Source of the DNA: Octopus sinensis
Taxonomy: Eukaryota
DNA: 64,000 bases
Assembly (NCBI RefSeq): GCF_006345805.1
Contig: NC_043026.1
Coordinates: forward strand, 1,612,001-1,676,000
Direction of reading: 5' to 3'
The notes under the pieces are model-generated. The model was not told where the DNA came from. It worked only from the letters and a program-made list of their open reading frames with translations, and made no database searches. Of this stretch, positions 13,516 through 26,122 are shown piece by piece. Position 1 is the first letter of the stretch. Every line of letters starts with the position of its first letter. Position numbers and translations under genes: made by a program.

Positions 13516-14466
13516 AACTGTGTAGCAGGGTCTCTGTGTGTATGCATGTTTGATTTTGTTTATATCTCCCTAGCTTCTAATTCATATTTGAATTTTTTTC
13601 CATGGCATGAAATATTGGGACATGCCAGCAGTGGGCCTTGTTTGGTATGTGGCATCCATACGTCAATTACAAATCATCAATGTCTGTTGCACCAGCAAGG
13701 AACCTGTGTGACGTGTCTCGCTTGCCTGACTTACTTTCAGGAATTTTTTACACAAGGGAATAGAGAACATATTCTCTTACATCTAAAAACTGCAGCCAAT
13801 CCACAAACTAAACTAGTGGATGTGTGTTTGATTTCGTTTATGTACCTTGGGTGGCTTCTAATTCGTATTTGAGTATATATATATAAACAAAAACTTGCAC
13901 ATCAAACCGCATTTTCCTTCCTTAACCTTTTAGCATTTAAACCAGCCTAATCCATCCCAATATTCTGCCTGTTTTATGCTCACACTGGCAAGATCAGGCC
14001 TTTCACACCAATCCTATAAAGCATAATCATGTCAAAATCTTTAAAACTACAAGACAATGCTTGAGTAACTGAAAACAGTGTGAACAAACAAGCATCCCAT
14101 TTGGCAGAGTGAAGAGAGGGAGGCAGCAGCACTTTGAAACTCAAAATGAAAAAAATGTCATTGGTTGTGGAGCAAGTGTGAAACCTGTGAATTGCAGATA
14201 ATCAGGTATCCCCAGTCATCATGAACTGGACTCAAAGAAACAGCAGCTAAAACATCAATTAATAACTGATTTATATACATAGCCAAGGTTTCCAGAAACA
14301 AATTTCATTCATATAAATGCAGAGGTCACTGGATTAAGAGCTGAACTGCAAAATACTTCTTTGATGGCCACCACAGGCTATTATCAGGGAGAATTACAAT
14401 CACCCAGCCAGAGACACACTTTTTCTCTTTATACAACCATATCTGACACATGCACAAGTATACACA

Positions 14467-14499
<33 letters not shown>

Positions 14500-14682
14500 C
14501 TTTATTTAAAAGCAGCAGAAATTCAACAAAAGCTGTTACTAGGAGTTTCACACTAGGAGTAACAGCTTTTGTTGAATTTCTGCTGCTTTTAAATAAAGCA
14601 TATTACTCTACCCCTGGTATTTGAGTAATCTTTTTTCCACCTTGTTTCACATTTATGTGTTTACTCCGGTATGTATGTATAT

Positions 14683-14727
<45 letters not shown>

Positions 14728-15100
14728 ATATGATGATGATGATACATACATAATAAAAATATGTTACAAAAAGAAAATAGAATATATATATATATAACAA
14801 CAATTGAGGAACGGCTACAATAGGCCGCTCGACCCACTAGAAATAGCAGCCAGGGCTCCAACCGCAAATAGTAGTAATTCCGAAATCTAAGGAAAAATTG
14901 TTGTTGAATTTATTCATAGTCTTTGACTATTTCCTCTTTCTCACTAGACCCCTGGTGGCAAAATAATTGCTATTGAATTTTTTGCTACCCTAAATTGATA
15001 AATATATATATATATATATACATACATATATATTACAGACAAGGTAGTAAATGTCAAATGCTGTGAGAACAGCAGAGAAAGATCGAGTATTTTCCCTTAA

Positions 15101-15321
15101 CCCTTTTGATACCAACCCGGCTGAAACCAGCTCTGGCTCTGAGTACAAATGTCTTGTTTTCAAAAGTTCTGAATTAAAATCTTCCACCAAACCTTAGTCA
15201 CAATTTATGTTCCTAACATTAGCTTAATGATAAATAAGTTATTTTACAAAATTTTTTGTTATATTTAAAATTAATTGAAAGAAACCCAGGACATCGCAAA
15301 ATAAATACAGTAACGAAAGGG
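15101..15321. mobile_element. piggyBac-type MITE
   Basis: TTAA|CCCTTTTGATAC...GTAACGAAAGGG|TTAA. A second family (CCCTTTAGCATT...AATGCTAAAGGG) occurs at about 37880-38073, 49764-49981 and 30529-31031 (the last with a nested SINE). Confidence 0.8.
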
Positions 15322-15334
15322 TTAAAAGATGGAA

Positions 15335-16500
<1,166 letters not shown>

Positions 16501-16633
16501 TGACATTTATAAAATATAAACACAGATTAAAGAGAGAGAGAGGCTGAAGTTGTATGAGAGTGGTGTGATGATATTTAATGAGAAATGAATGGTGACAATG
16601 AGTATAGTAATAGGAGATATAATTGTGTGCATG

Positions 16634-16668
<35 letters not shown>

Positions 16669-16873
16669 ATGGGTGTGTGTGCATGTATGTCTCTGTTTCC
16701 GTTTGTGTGTGTCAGTCTCTGAATGTTATGTTGTGTAACAGCTGGCCAATCACAGTCCAGTTAAGTTCACAGGTAAGACGTATTTGGTTTATGGTAATGT
16801 AGGAGAGAGAGTGACAGGTAAGAGAGAGAGAGAAAGAGGGAAAGGTGTGGTGGGGCAGATATATTGACGTTCA

Positions 16874-16924
16874 TCAGAGGAAGTAGTCTGGTTGTGGCTT
16901 TTTAGATGGGATTCCACGGCATTC
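16874..16924 (-). CDS. PPP4C: PP4C last coding exon (ECRGIPSKKPQPDYFL*)
   Basis: Found by hand. Acceptor ctcttttccag; conserved DYFL C-terminus of PP2A-like phosphatases; TGA followed by a second TGA. Total 307 aa. Confidence 0.96.
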   Translation of the reverse strand, partial: ECRGIPSKKPQPDYFL

Positions 16925-18479
16925 CTGGAAAAGAGATTGAGACACAATTTAGACATCCATCAATGCAGACGGAACATCATTAAAAATACATTTAACGAGC
17001 ACCAAAATTAAGAGTCAGCATCGTTATTATCATAAGTCTGATGAAATCCAGTGGCTGGCCTGCTGATTGATGCTGTTCCAGTAGCCCAGTGGTACTGAAG
17101 CTATTGTCAGGAACTCTGCATGTGGCCCAGGATTGCCAGTCTTCTTCATGTCTGATGCTGTAGCCATCATCCCTTGCAAGTGATTGTGGCATGGTTGCAG
17201 CATCAGCGACCTGGTTCACACGAGCCCAGTGGCAACAGGCTATTGTGTCTGGGTCAGTTGGTTTGCAAACAAAGTGCTTCTCAGAGGAACAGGCAACAGA
17301 TGGTCACACAAGGCCGAACAATAACAGGTCTATGATGTCCAGGGCTGCATGTACTCCACACTGGAGGTATCAGCAGGCTGGCTGGTTCCAATAGCATCAT
17401 CGAATCCCCTCCTTGCATAGCATCAGAAATATACATCACATCATTTCACCCCCAAAACACACTCTACATCAGAGTTGTTGTTTGACCATCAAAATATAAA
17501 TAATTATCGAACCTTAAAACATAAGCAGCACATTGTTTGACCCCTAATAAATTATTTAGTATCATGATCATTAATCCCAAAACAGCATAATCATCTGATC
17601 CCCAAACACATCCTTTCAATCCAAAACATCATAAACCAATATTCACCATTAATACACCATATAAGATCATCCCAAACATCGATCCCATAAAATAAAGCTC
17701 TTAATTCTCCTAAATTTAGATTGAATTCGATTGGACTGCTTATCTCTCCACCAACCATGGTCTGAGATGAAGGCCATGAATTTGAGTTCAAGATCATACT
17801 GGTTTGATGAGCTTATTCTGCCACACTGGCTCCACATGGCTTGGCAGAGGGGTGCAATTTTTATACTCTCACCCAAGAGTAGTAAAATTGATTACATTGA
17901 CCTCAGTGCTCAACTGGTACTAATTTTATCGACCCTGAAAGGATGAAAGGTTAAGTTGACCCAAAACATCAAACATATAACAGATCCCTAAAGCACCTCT
18001 ACCTTCGACTTAAAAGCATCATAAATACTACAAGCATATTACTTGACCCCAAACATTATAAACATACATGATCCTCTAAAACATTTTAACCTTATCTGAC
18101 CCCCAAAATAAATCATAAACATTATGCACCAGCTGAGCCCCTAAAATATCACTGTACTAAAGCCAAGTTGATTCAGATATTTTAGGCTACAGGAGTTAGT
18201 ATAATCAGTGGGGCAAAATCTAAAATTGAAGGGCTTTAGAGTCAATCTAGCAAAAACCAAAGTCCTAGTAAGTAGAAAAGCAGACAAAAAAAAAAAAAAA
18301 AAACTTTTCAGGTATATGGCCCTGCTCAATCTTTAGCAACTCCCCTAAGATTTACTCAGTGTAAGCTATGGACACATAAGGTGCAGCAATATCAAAGGAA
18401 GGTTAATCAGGAAGATAGTTTTTGTGTGTGGCAGATGCACAGGAACCATAAACACTGAAGATGTACAGGAAACAGATTC

Positions 18480-19420
18480 CTTCACATACCAGGGGAAGAA
18501 ACCAGAAGTAGGTGATAGCTTCCGCTACCTAGATGACCAAGTATGTAGTGTGTGGTGGTTGATCTGAGAGTGTAGCTGCTAGAATAAGAATAGCCTCCTG
18601 CTCAGAGTGAAAGGTAGAATATATGATGAATGTGTGTGAACAGCCATGCTACACAGCAGTGAAACATGGGCCATGACTGCTGAGGACATGCGAAGGCTTG
18701 AAAGAGATGAAGCTAGTATGATCCACTGGATGTGTAATGTCAGTGTGCTTACTCAACAGAGTGTAAGTGCCCTGAGAGAAATGCTGGACATAAGAAGCAT
18801 AGGATGTGGCATGCAAGAGAGATGACTGCACTAGTATGGTCATGTGTTGTGTATGGATGAGGACAGCTGTGTGAAGAAGTGCCACACCCTGACAGTGAAA
18901 GAGGTGGAGCCAGGAAGACATGGGATGAGGTGATGAAGCACAACCTTCGAATGTTGGGCCTCACAGAGGCAATGACAAGAGATTGAGACCTTTGAAGATA
19001 TGCTGTGATTGAGAAGACGTGGCCAGCAAAGTGAGAGCGCAGCTGTGGCTGATACCAGTGTTGCAAAGCAGCCCATTTAAAAGCACCTTTAAATCATTGG
19101 CTGATATACTGTGCTTGGGAAGACCTGTTGAGTCAAGTGGAATCGTAGTTGCAGCTGATGCCAGTGCCACCTGACTGGCTCCCCGTGCTGGTGGCATGTA
19201 ATAAGCACCATCCAAACATGGTCAATGCCAGTGCCACCTAACTGGCTCCCATGCTGGTGGCACGTAAAAAGCACCCTCTACCCCCTTGGAGTGGTTGGTG
19301 TTAGGAAAGTCATCCAGTTGTAGAAACCTTGCCAGATCAGACTGGAGCTTGGTGCAGCCAGTCCTCAGTCAACCCACCCAACCCATGCCATCATGGAAAA
19401 CAGACGATGATGATGAGTGG
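18480..19420 (+). mobile_element. Old RTE LINE 3' fragment with tail
   Basis: Aligns by eye to 27440-27860 in inverted orientation (AMLHSSETWAMTAEDMRRL); (GAT)n end near 19410. Confidence 0.8.
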
Positions 19421-19801
19421 GGCCATTTCTGTGAAAGTGGAACATTCCAAACTATTGAATCAATGGCTCACAAAGAGTGTGCGAGAAAATAGAAATGCAA
19501 ACATTTTCCATACTGTATTTTTCAGACCCAAATTTACAGAAAAAGGCAAAAAAGTAGATTTGACTCCTACAACCAAGACCAGGATTCCAGGATTTTGGTA
19601 GTCTTTTATTCTTTCACTTGCTTCAGTCATATGACTGTGGTCATGCTGGAGTACTGCCTTGAGGGATTTTAGTTGACCAAATTGACCCCAGGACTTAATT
19701 CTTAAACCTAGTATTTATTCTATCAGCGTCTTTTGCCAAACTGCTAAGTTACAGAGACATAGACACACCAACACTAGTTGTCAGGCAGTGATAGGGGGAC
19801 A

Positions 19802-19832
<31 letters not shown>

Positions 19833-20272
19833 CATATAAAATATATACGACAGGCTTCTTTCAGTTTCCACCTCCCATATCCACTCACAAGGCTTTGATC
19901 AGCCCAAGGCTATAGTAGAAGACACTTGCCTCAAGGTGCCATGCAGAGGGACTGAACCTGGAACCATGTGGTTGGGAAGCAACCTTCTAACCACACTGCC
20001 GCACCTAAAGACAATACTTGAATGCTTACACTGTAGCAAAGAATATCTATTTCCAGCAACTAAGTTCAGAGATAAGGTTTCAATATCTCGAGTGTCAAAA
20101 GCTCTTCTTCTTTTGATTGTCTTTGATACCACAACAATCATATTGCTCTAATGATAGGTCTGCTCAAGTAGGGCTGATCAGGGCTGAGGGAAGGGCTAAC
20201 AACGTCAGGAACTCCTACTGCTAACATCATGAACAGAACAAGATGCCCAATGGCACTGCGGCTTGCACTCAC

Positions 20273-20351
20273 CTGTGGGGCAGCTTCAAAAATAGTAAAA
20301 TCTCTTTGTACATGTTCGTCAAGTTCTAATATTGCTGCAACGTTGCCACAT
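20273..20351 (-). CDS. PPP4C: PP4C coding exon 7 ([26 protein letters not shown])
   Basis: 79 nt, phase 2 to 0; acceptor ctcgcag, donor gtgagt. Confidence 0.97.
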
Positions 20352-20499
20352 CTGCGAGAGACAGGAAAAGAGAGATTACATGAAAGAACACACAATGAGA
20401 AGACTCTGTTGTCTTAGCATTCAGACCACTCTGTCTAGTCCAAGGCTTATTTATCCACATTATTTTGAATTAATCACGCAATGTTGTCGACTGTGTTTT

Positions 20500-21135
20500 A
20501 GTTACAGCTTTAAATCTGCTCTCTCTTTGGTATTTAGCTTTGATAATGGCTAAAGAGCCAGAAACATTGCATCTGCGAAAGCAAAAGAGGGCAACAATGG
20601 GCAGATTTGGTGTTTTTACACCTTTTACCTTAAGAGAGAATTTTTCATCCATCGTAACCACAGTGACTTTGCCTTTTAGCAGTTGAAATATATCACAAGC
20701 ATATTTTAACCAACTTAATGTTTGCATATCATCAGGGGTCATCAAACTTAACAGCTTGCAAGATAACTGAGAGAACGACGTGTGGGCTGCGTAACTATTT
20801 TGTTCAAGACAAAAAAATAAAGACAACCAACATATTTATTCACCAAAACGTTATCAATAAGATAGTCATATCACACCCAGAGTGCACATATCCAAATCTC
20901 TCAAACTAAGCAGCAAAAAAGGTGAGTGAGATTTGTGAAACAGGAACGTAGCTTTTAAGAGTCATCAGTATTTGCTTTGGAATTGCTGCATCCAATCAAG
21001 AGAATTGCTTTCAAATGTTCATCGGTCAACCGCATTCACATACTTCAATTTTGAAAATGTTCGCTCACAAACACAAGTTCCAAAGACAACTGAACTCTCA
21101 TTGCTGGTACTTACACAAAAGGTGAGCCAGGTGAA
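20500..21135 (-). mobile_element. hAT transposase remnant (GTF2IRD2/Buster-like)
   Basis: FGTCVCERTFSKLKYV resembles the hAT dimerisation motif; decayed upstream frame. Confidence 0.6.
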
Positions 21136-22036
21136 CTGACCATGTGGGCTGTAGTTTGGTGGCCCCTGGCATATCATCATCATCTGCTTTCCAACGGGAA
21201 CTGGTAAGCTAGAGGGCTGCACCAGGTTCCAGTCTAATTTGGATGCCCTTCCTAACACCAACCACTCCAAGAGTGTAATGGGTGCTTTTTATAAGTCATT
21301 TCCGTGACACTGGCAATGGCCATGACTATGATTTTACTTGGCTTCACAAGTCTTTCCAAACACTGCATACTGCCAAAGGTCTCAGTCACTTGTCATCGCC
21401 TACATGAGGCCCAACATTCGAAGACATACACTTTGTGTGTATGAAAGTTGTGGAAGAGGAAGAGCCAGGAAGTACTGAAGGCTGATCTCAAAATGCTGAA
21501 CCAGACGAAGGTGAAGACAGAGGTCTGAGATTGGTGGTACTGTGTTGTACTAGAGAAAACCCACCCACAACAGAATTGAGACCACATAAAAAGCACCCAT
21601 CACACTCTGTGAAGTGGTTGGTATTAGGAAGGGCATCCAACCAGACTATAAAACCTGATGTGGCCCCTGTCAAACCGTCCAATCCATGAGAGCAGCATGC
21701 AAAACAGACCTTAAATGTGGAGAATGATGATTTTTATATATTTCTATACATGAAATGTGCTTCTTTCCGTTTCCATCTACCAAATTCACTCACAAGACTT
21801 TGATCAGCCGAGGACTATTATAGAAGGCACTTGGCCAAGGTTCCAAGAATTGGAACTGAACCCAAAACCATGTGGTAGGGTAGCTGGGAAGCAAATTTCT
21901 TGACCACACAACCATTCCTGCATCTAAGAAGGTTAAAAAAAAAGAAAAACCCTAACTAAACAGATCACAACTTTATTAAATCTGATGCTCTACCAATTCC
22001 ACAAGTGCACCGATTACCAAAATTTATATAACTCAC

Positions 22037-22226
22037 CTGTAACAGTAATTTGGTGCTGACCAGACAGTTAGAACAGTCTCATTAAAATGCCATTTGTAGC
22101 CTTCCATGACCAACTGATGAGCCCGGCAAATGAGATCAATGTCATTAGCAACATTGAACTGTGACACCACATCACTCCCAAACAGGTACCCAGCTCCTCG
22201 GGGAGACACACCCCAGCCTTGCATGT
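22037..22226 (-). CDS. PPP4C: PP4C coding exon 6 ([13 protein letters not shown]...RAHQ...SAPNYCYR)
   Basis: RAHQ and SAPNY motifs; 190 nt; acceptor ttttacag, donor gtgagt. Confidence 0.98.
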
Positions 22227-22317
22227 CTGTAAAAGAGAGAAAAAGAAAAGGTTACAGGTACAAATATCAATGAATGTAGCAAGTAAACAATTGGTATAGG
22301 ATTCTTTTAGTTATGTT

Positions 22318-22805
22318 TCAGGCATTTGCCATATCCTGAACGCCTTACTTCCCTGGGCATGGACACATTGAAACTCCAACGTCTGGCAGCTGACTTGGCA
22401 GACACCCATAAAATTATCAACCATCATACCAACAATAACTCTGAGCACCTTTTCAAACCCCACCCGTCTAACACCTACGGACATGTTTACAAAGTCAGAA
22501 AACAGCACAGCTCCCATGTCTTTCAGAAACATTTTTTTACGCAAAGAGTTGCTGAAGCATGGAACAAACTGCCGACATCAGTTGTTAGTTGTCGGAGCAC
22601 TGCATCCTTCAAAACTTCCATGCTTTCTGAGATTCGCCAACACCACACCTGATTTTCTCCCCTCCACACACACAAGCATGTATCTGACTCATGCATTGTT
22701 CGCTTTCCAGACATTTGTACATTACTGCATATGCTTTATACACACTTTTTGACAAGTTGTGGTGCACCTGAGCACTGCATACAATAATTTCATTATATTA
22801 TATTA
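22318..22805 (+). mobile_element. 5'-truncated CR1-clade LINE 3' end
   Basis: Y.ERL..LG..TL..RL..DL...KI...GH.YK...HFFTQRV..AWNKLP..VV...FK motif, then a 3'UTR ending in (ATT)-rich repeats. Confidence 0.8.
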
Positions 22806-25478
22806 TACACACATATGCAGTGGGAATGAATTTGAGTAACTCTTAACCAAATTAATAATCATAATTTACCTTAAGGTATGAATGAATTAAATTTAACTCT
22901 TATGAACACTAAGTAGCTATTTCACGTGTGTGCGTATGCTTATATCTTTGTGGATGTTTGTACAAGCGAGTATGTGTGTGCCATACAACCTAAGTGACAG
23001 CATTTATACATCCATATCTAGGAGATGTTAATGTTTAATAATAAAGAACATTAATTCGTTGCGACATTTTCCATTTTCATTTGCAAGAATCTCTCTCACC
23101 TCTATTTTCATTAATAATTAATTAATAGCCAAATAACTTTGATATGAGGAACAATTTCAAAATTGTTATCTATCCCCACCTTAATCAAGCGAAGCCGTGT
23201 GTGTGTGTGTGTAAGAAAAAGCATTTTCAAACAGAAAAGTATGCTATTAAAATGAATTATCATTTACGTAACTCTTTCTCTAAATCATCGGGGATAAATG
23301 CCAGCAATGCCCTTCTCAAGCTCTCCAATAATTTATAAACAAAACAATCGGGGCCAGGGAGCGGGGTTGCAGAAAATTCATAATTTTTCAAATTCTCTTT
23401 TCGTTATGGGGGTGGGGGGTATTGAAAAACATCAATACATACGAGAGTGATAAAGAAACATGGTGAGTTGTCTTGGGACATGCTAGAAACAACAGCCCAA
23501 ACCCCCTTAAATCACTGACTTTTCCCTCTGAAAATATAAACAATTTCTTTTTATTTTTACTCTGTACCCTTTTATTCATATGATTTTTTTAATTTTATGT
23601 TTATTTCATTCATTGTTTGCAATGTTCTCTCTCCCTCCCACACACTGCAAAGCTTACAGATGGGCTGCTGAATTGGAATGTTGTTTTGAGGGGAAGGTAA
23701 AACTTAAACTGCCTTCCCCTCTGTAGTTGGACTACCTTGAAGTTTGTTTAAAAAAGAGATTATGATTGTAATAAAACAATACTTACTAATCAAGTGAGTA
23801 TAAAGAAATAATTAGACATAAAATATTAAAAAATATTAGAATTGGGAATCAAAAGTGAAAATATTATCAAGTAGCTAGGAGAAAACGGCTTGGAGGGCAG
23901 TCTCTCTGCTAGTATGTTTGTTTTTATGTTCCTGCAATATTATAACCATGAGTGTGTAGTGCTGGAGCTGTGATGTCTCAATGTAGAGAAGTAGCAGCTC
24001 AACCTGGAGAGAGAACCCCACTCTGACCTCTGACTCCGATTGAGTAATGTTAAACCAAAAACCTGTCAGAGGAACCTCATGAAACCAATATACTCTGTAA
24101 AGTGATTGATTAATCAGCTGAGGTAACCTTTCGTCTTCTCTAGGACATGACAACCTAGAGAATGATAACTGAGATAAAATGCAACTGAGTAAAGTTGATG
24201 AAGATGGGAGGCGCATCAAGTGAGGAAAACCAAGTCCAAAACGAAGCAGGAGTGAGGTGTGGTCCGCTGACTGATTTATAAAAACAGTAACTCCAAATAA
24301 GGACTGACTTGGATGATGACAATGGAGAAAGAGAAAGTGAAACAATGAAAGATGATGATGATGATGATGCTATTATTGGAGGAAATGTTTTGTGGTATTT
24401 CTTCCTTTTTGTGCAAATTCAAACTCAGTTCAGGTCATCTTAGCTTTCCATCCTTTCAACAGCAGGAAGCAAGTTGTTGGTATTTTGTTAATTTCATATC
24501 ATTTACAATTGCTTCAGCAATTGATAATCAAGGTCAATGAATAATTAGAAATGACAACAGAATCAGATTGGTCATGGATCGCATCTTCAGATAAAATGCT
24601 GAGCAACAGCAACCTCATGTGGTAATTTGTAGCACACCTAGCACACCTGCTTCTCCCTGTATATGTATGTGTATATATTACACATAAATTGTATGTGTGT
24701 ATGTTATTTTTTGTGAAATTCAGTTAATGATAAGAGCTTTTTGTTTTCTATCTATCACCTCTCCACTACCAGACTTCCAGTTATCACTGATAACTAACAT
24801 ATATATATATATATATATATACATTGAAACAGTGTTTTGTGATTAGTAACCTAATTTCACTCCTAAGCTCCAGTGCTAACCCCTCCCCCCCACCCACACA
24901 CAAAAGTACAAATACATTTGGCAAAATACTAATAGAGAGATAAGTTTATTATTTGACAAAATAAAAACTTGCAAATCATTGCTAATTTATTGATTTTGTT
25001 CATTCTGGCCTTGATTGAGTCCAACAGGTCTGCAACACCAGCATCTCCTTAATACGTCTTGGTATTGCACCAGTTTGTTTGCAAAATTCCTCTTCCTAGT
25101 CTCCCTCCAATACAGATCCCCTTTCATCACTATTCCCTGGTCTACCCTAACCACCGGTCACCTTTCACTGCAACCACTCCTCCCTCGTGTCCCCTCAACC
25201 ATTTCCAGTTGTTCAAGGACATCAGACATTTCAGCCTCAACAGTCACAAGTTGTTTACTGTAGCTGAAAGTCTGTCATTGTGTGCACCACATACACAAGG
25301 GCTTCTTTCAGTTTCCATCTTCTAAATTCAATCACAAGACATTGGTCAGCTTGAGACCCTTGCCCAAGGTGCCACTCACTGGGACTGAACCTGGAAACAG
25401 GTGGCAGGGAAGCAAGCTTCTTACCACACCAACACACACAAACATGCATATTTAAAAAGAAAGAAAAAGTTGTTTTAC

Positions 25479-25605
25479 CTTCAGGGTCAGACCACAACAG
25501 GTCACACATGGGGCCATCATGAGGAACTTCTTGTTTTCGATCTATGGCCCTTATTTGGTCTAATGTCTGGATTGAGGGAGACAGTCCTCCATGGACACAG
25601 AAAAT
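25479..25605 (-). CDS. PPP4C: PP4C coding exon 5 ([42 protein letters not shown])
   Basis: HGG and DLLWSDP motifs; 127 nt; acceptor ttcag, donor gtaaaa. Confidence 0.98.
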
Positions 25606-26122
25606 CTGAAGTAACACAGAATGTCTATATATTAGAAACAGAAATCAGAATGTATTTGACATGAAAGTATTAAGCCCACAAGGATAGGCTGGGCTGACAT
25701 CTTCAGCCAGCCGTTTGTTTCATCAAAGACAACCTGGTGCTAAACAACAAAAATCTGTTTCAAAATATTCAAGTACTTACTCCCATTCTAAAGAGAAAAT
25801 GAGAAAGGAAAAAGGGACCAGTTGTTAGAGAAGGGGAAATAACAGATGGGGGGGAGGTAACAGAAAAAAAGGGAAGCAACAAGACTGGCAGAGTCATTAG
25901 AGCATCAGATACAATGTCTCACCAAACTAGATCCGACTCTCAGCATGCAGAGTTCAAATCTCACTGAAGTTAATTTTGCCTTTCATCTTTACAGACCTGA
26001 TTAGTTTTAACATAAGACAAGGTGAAAATTTGAACTGGATATGGCCAGTCAAAAGGCCAAAAGGTTATATACAATCTTGTAAAGAAGAATCCTTTAATAA
26101 TATATTCCTTGATGCACTGAAT

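Noticed and set aside
16871-16876. TGA TGA as selenocysteine or readthrough
   Set aside because: PP2A-family enzymes end at the conserved C-terminal Leu; no SECIS recognised.
23875-24345. 156-aa ORF as a nested gene
   Set aside because: No recognisable domain; composition suggests the antisense strand of a decayed element.
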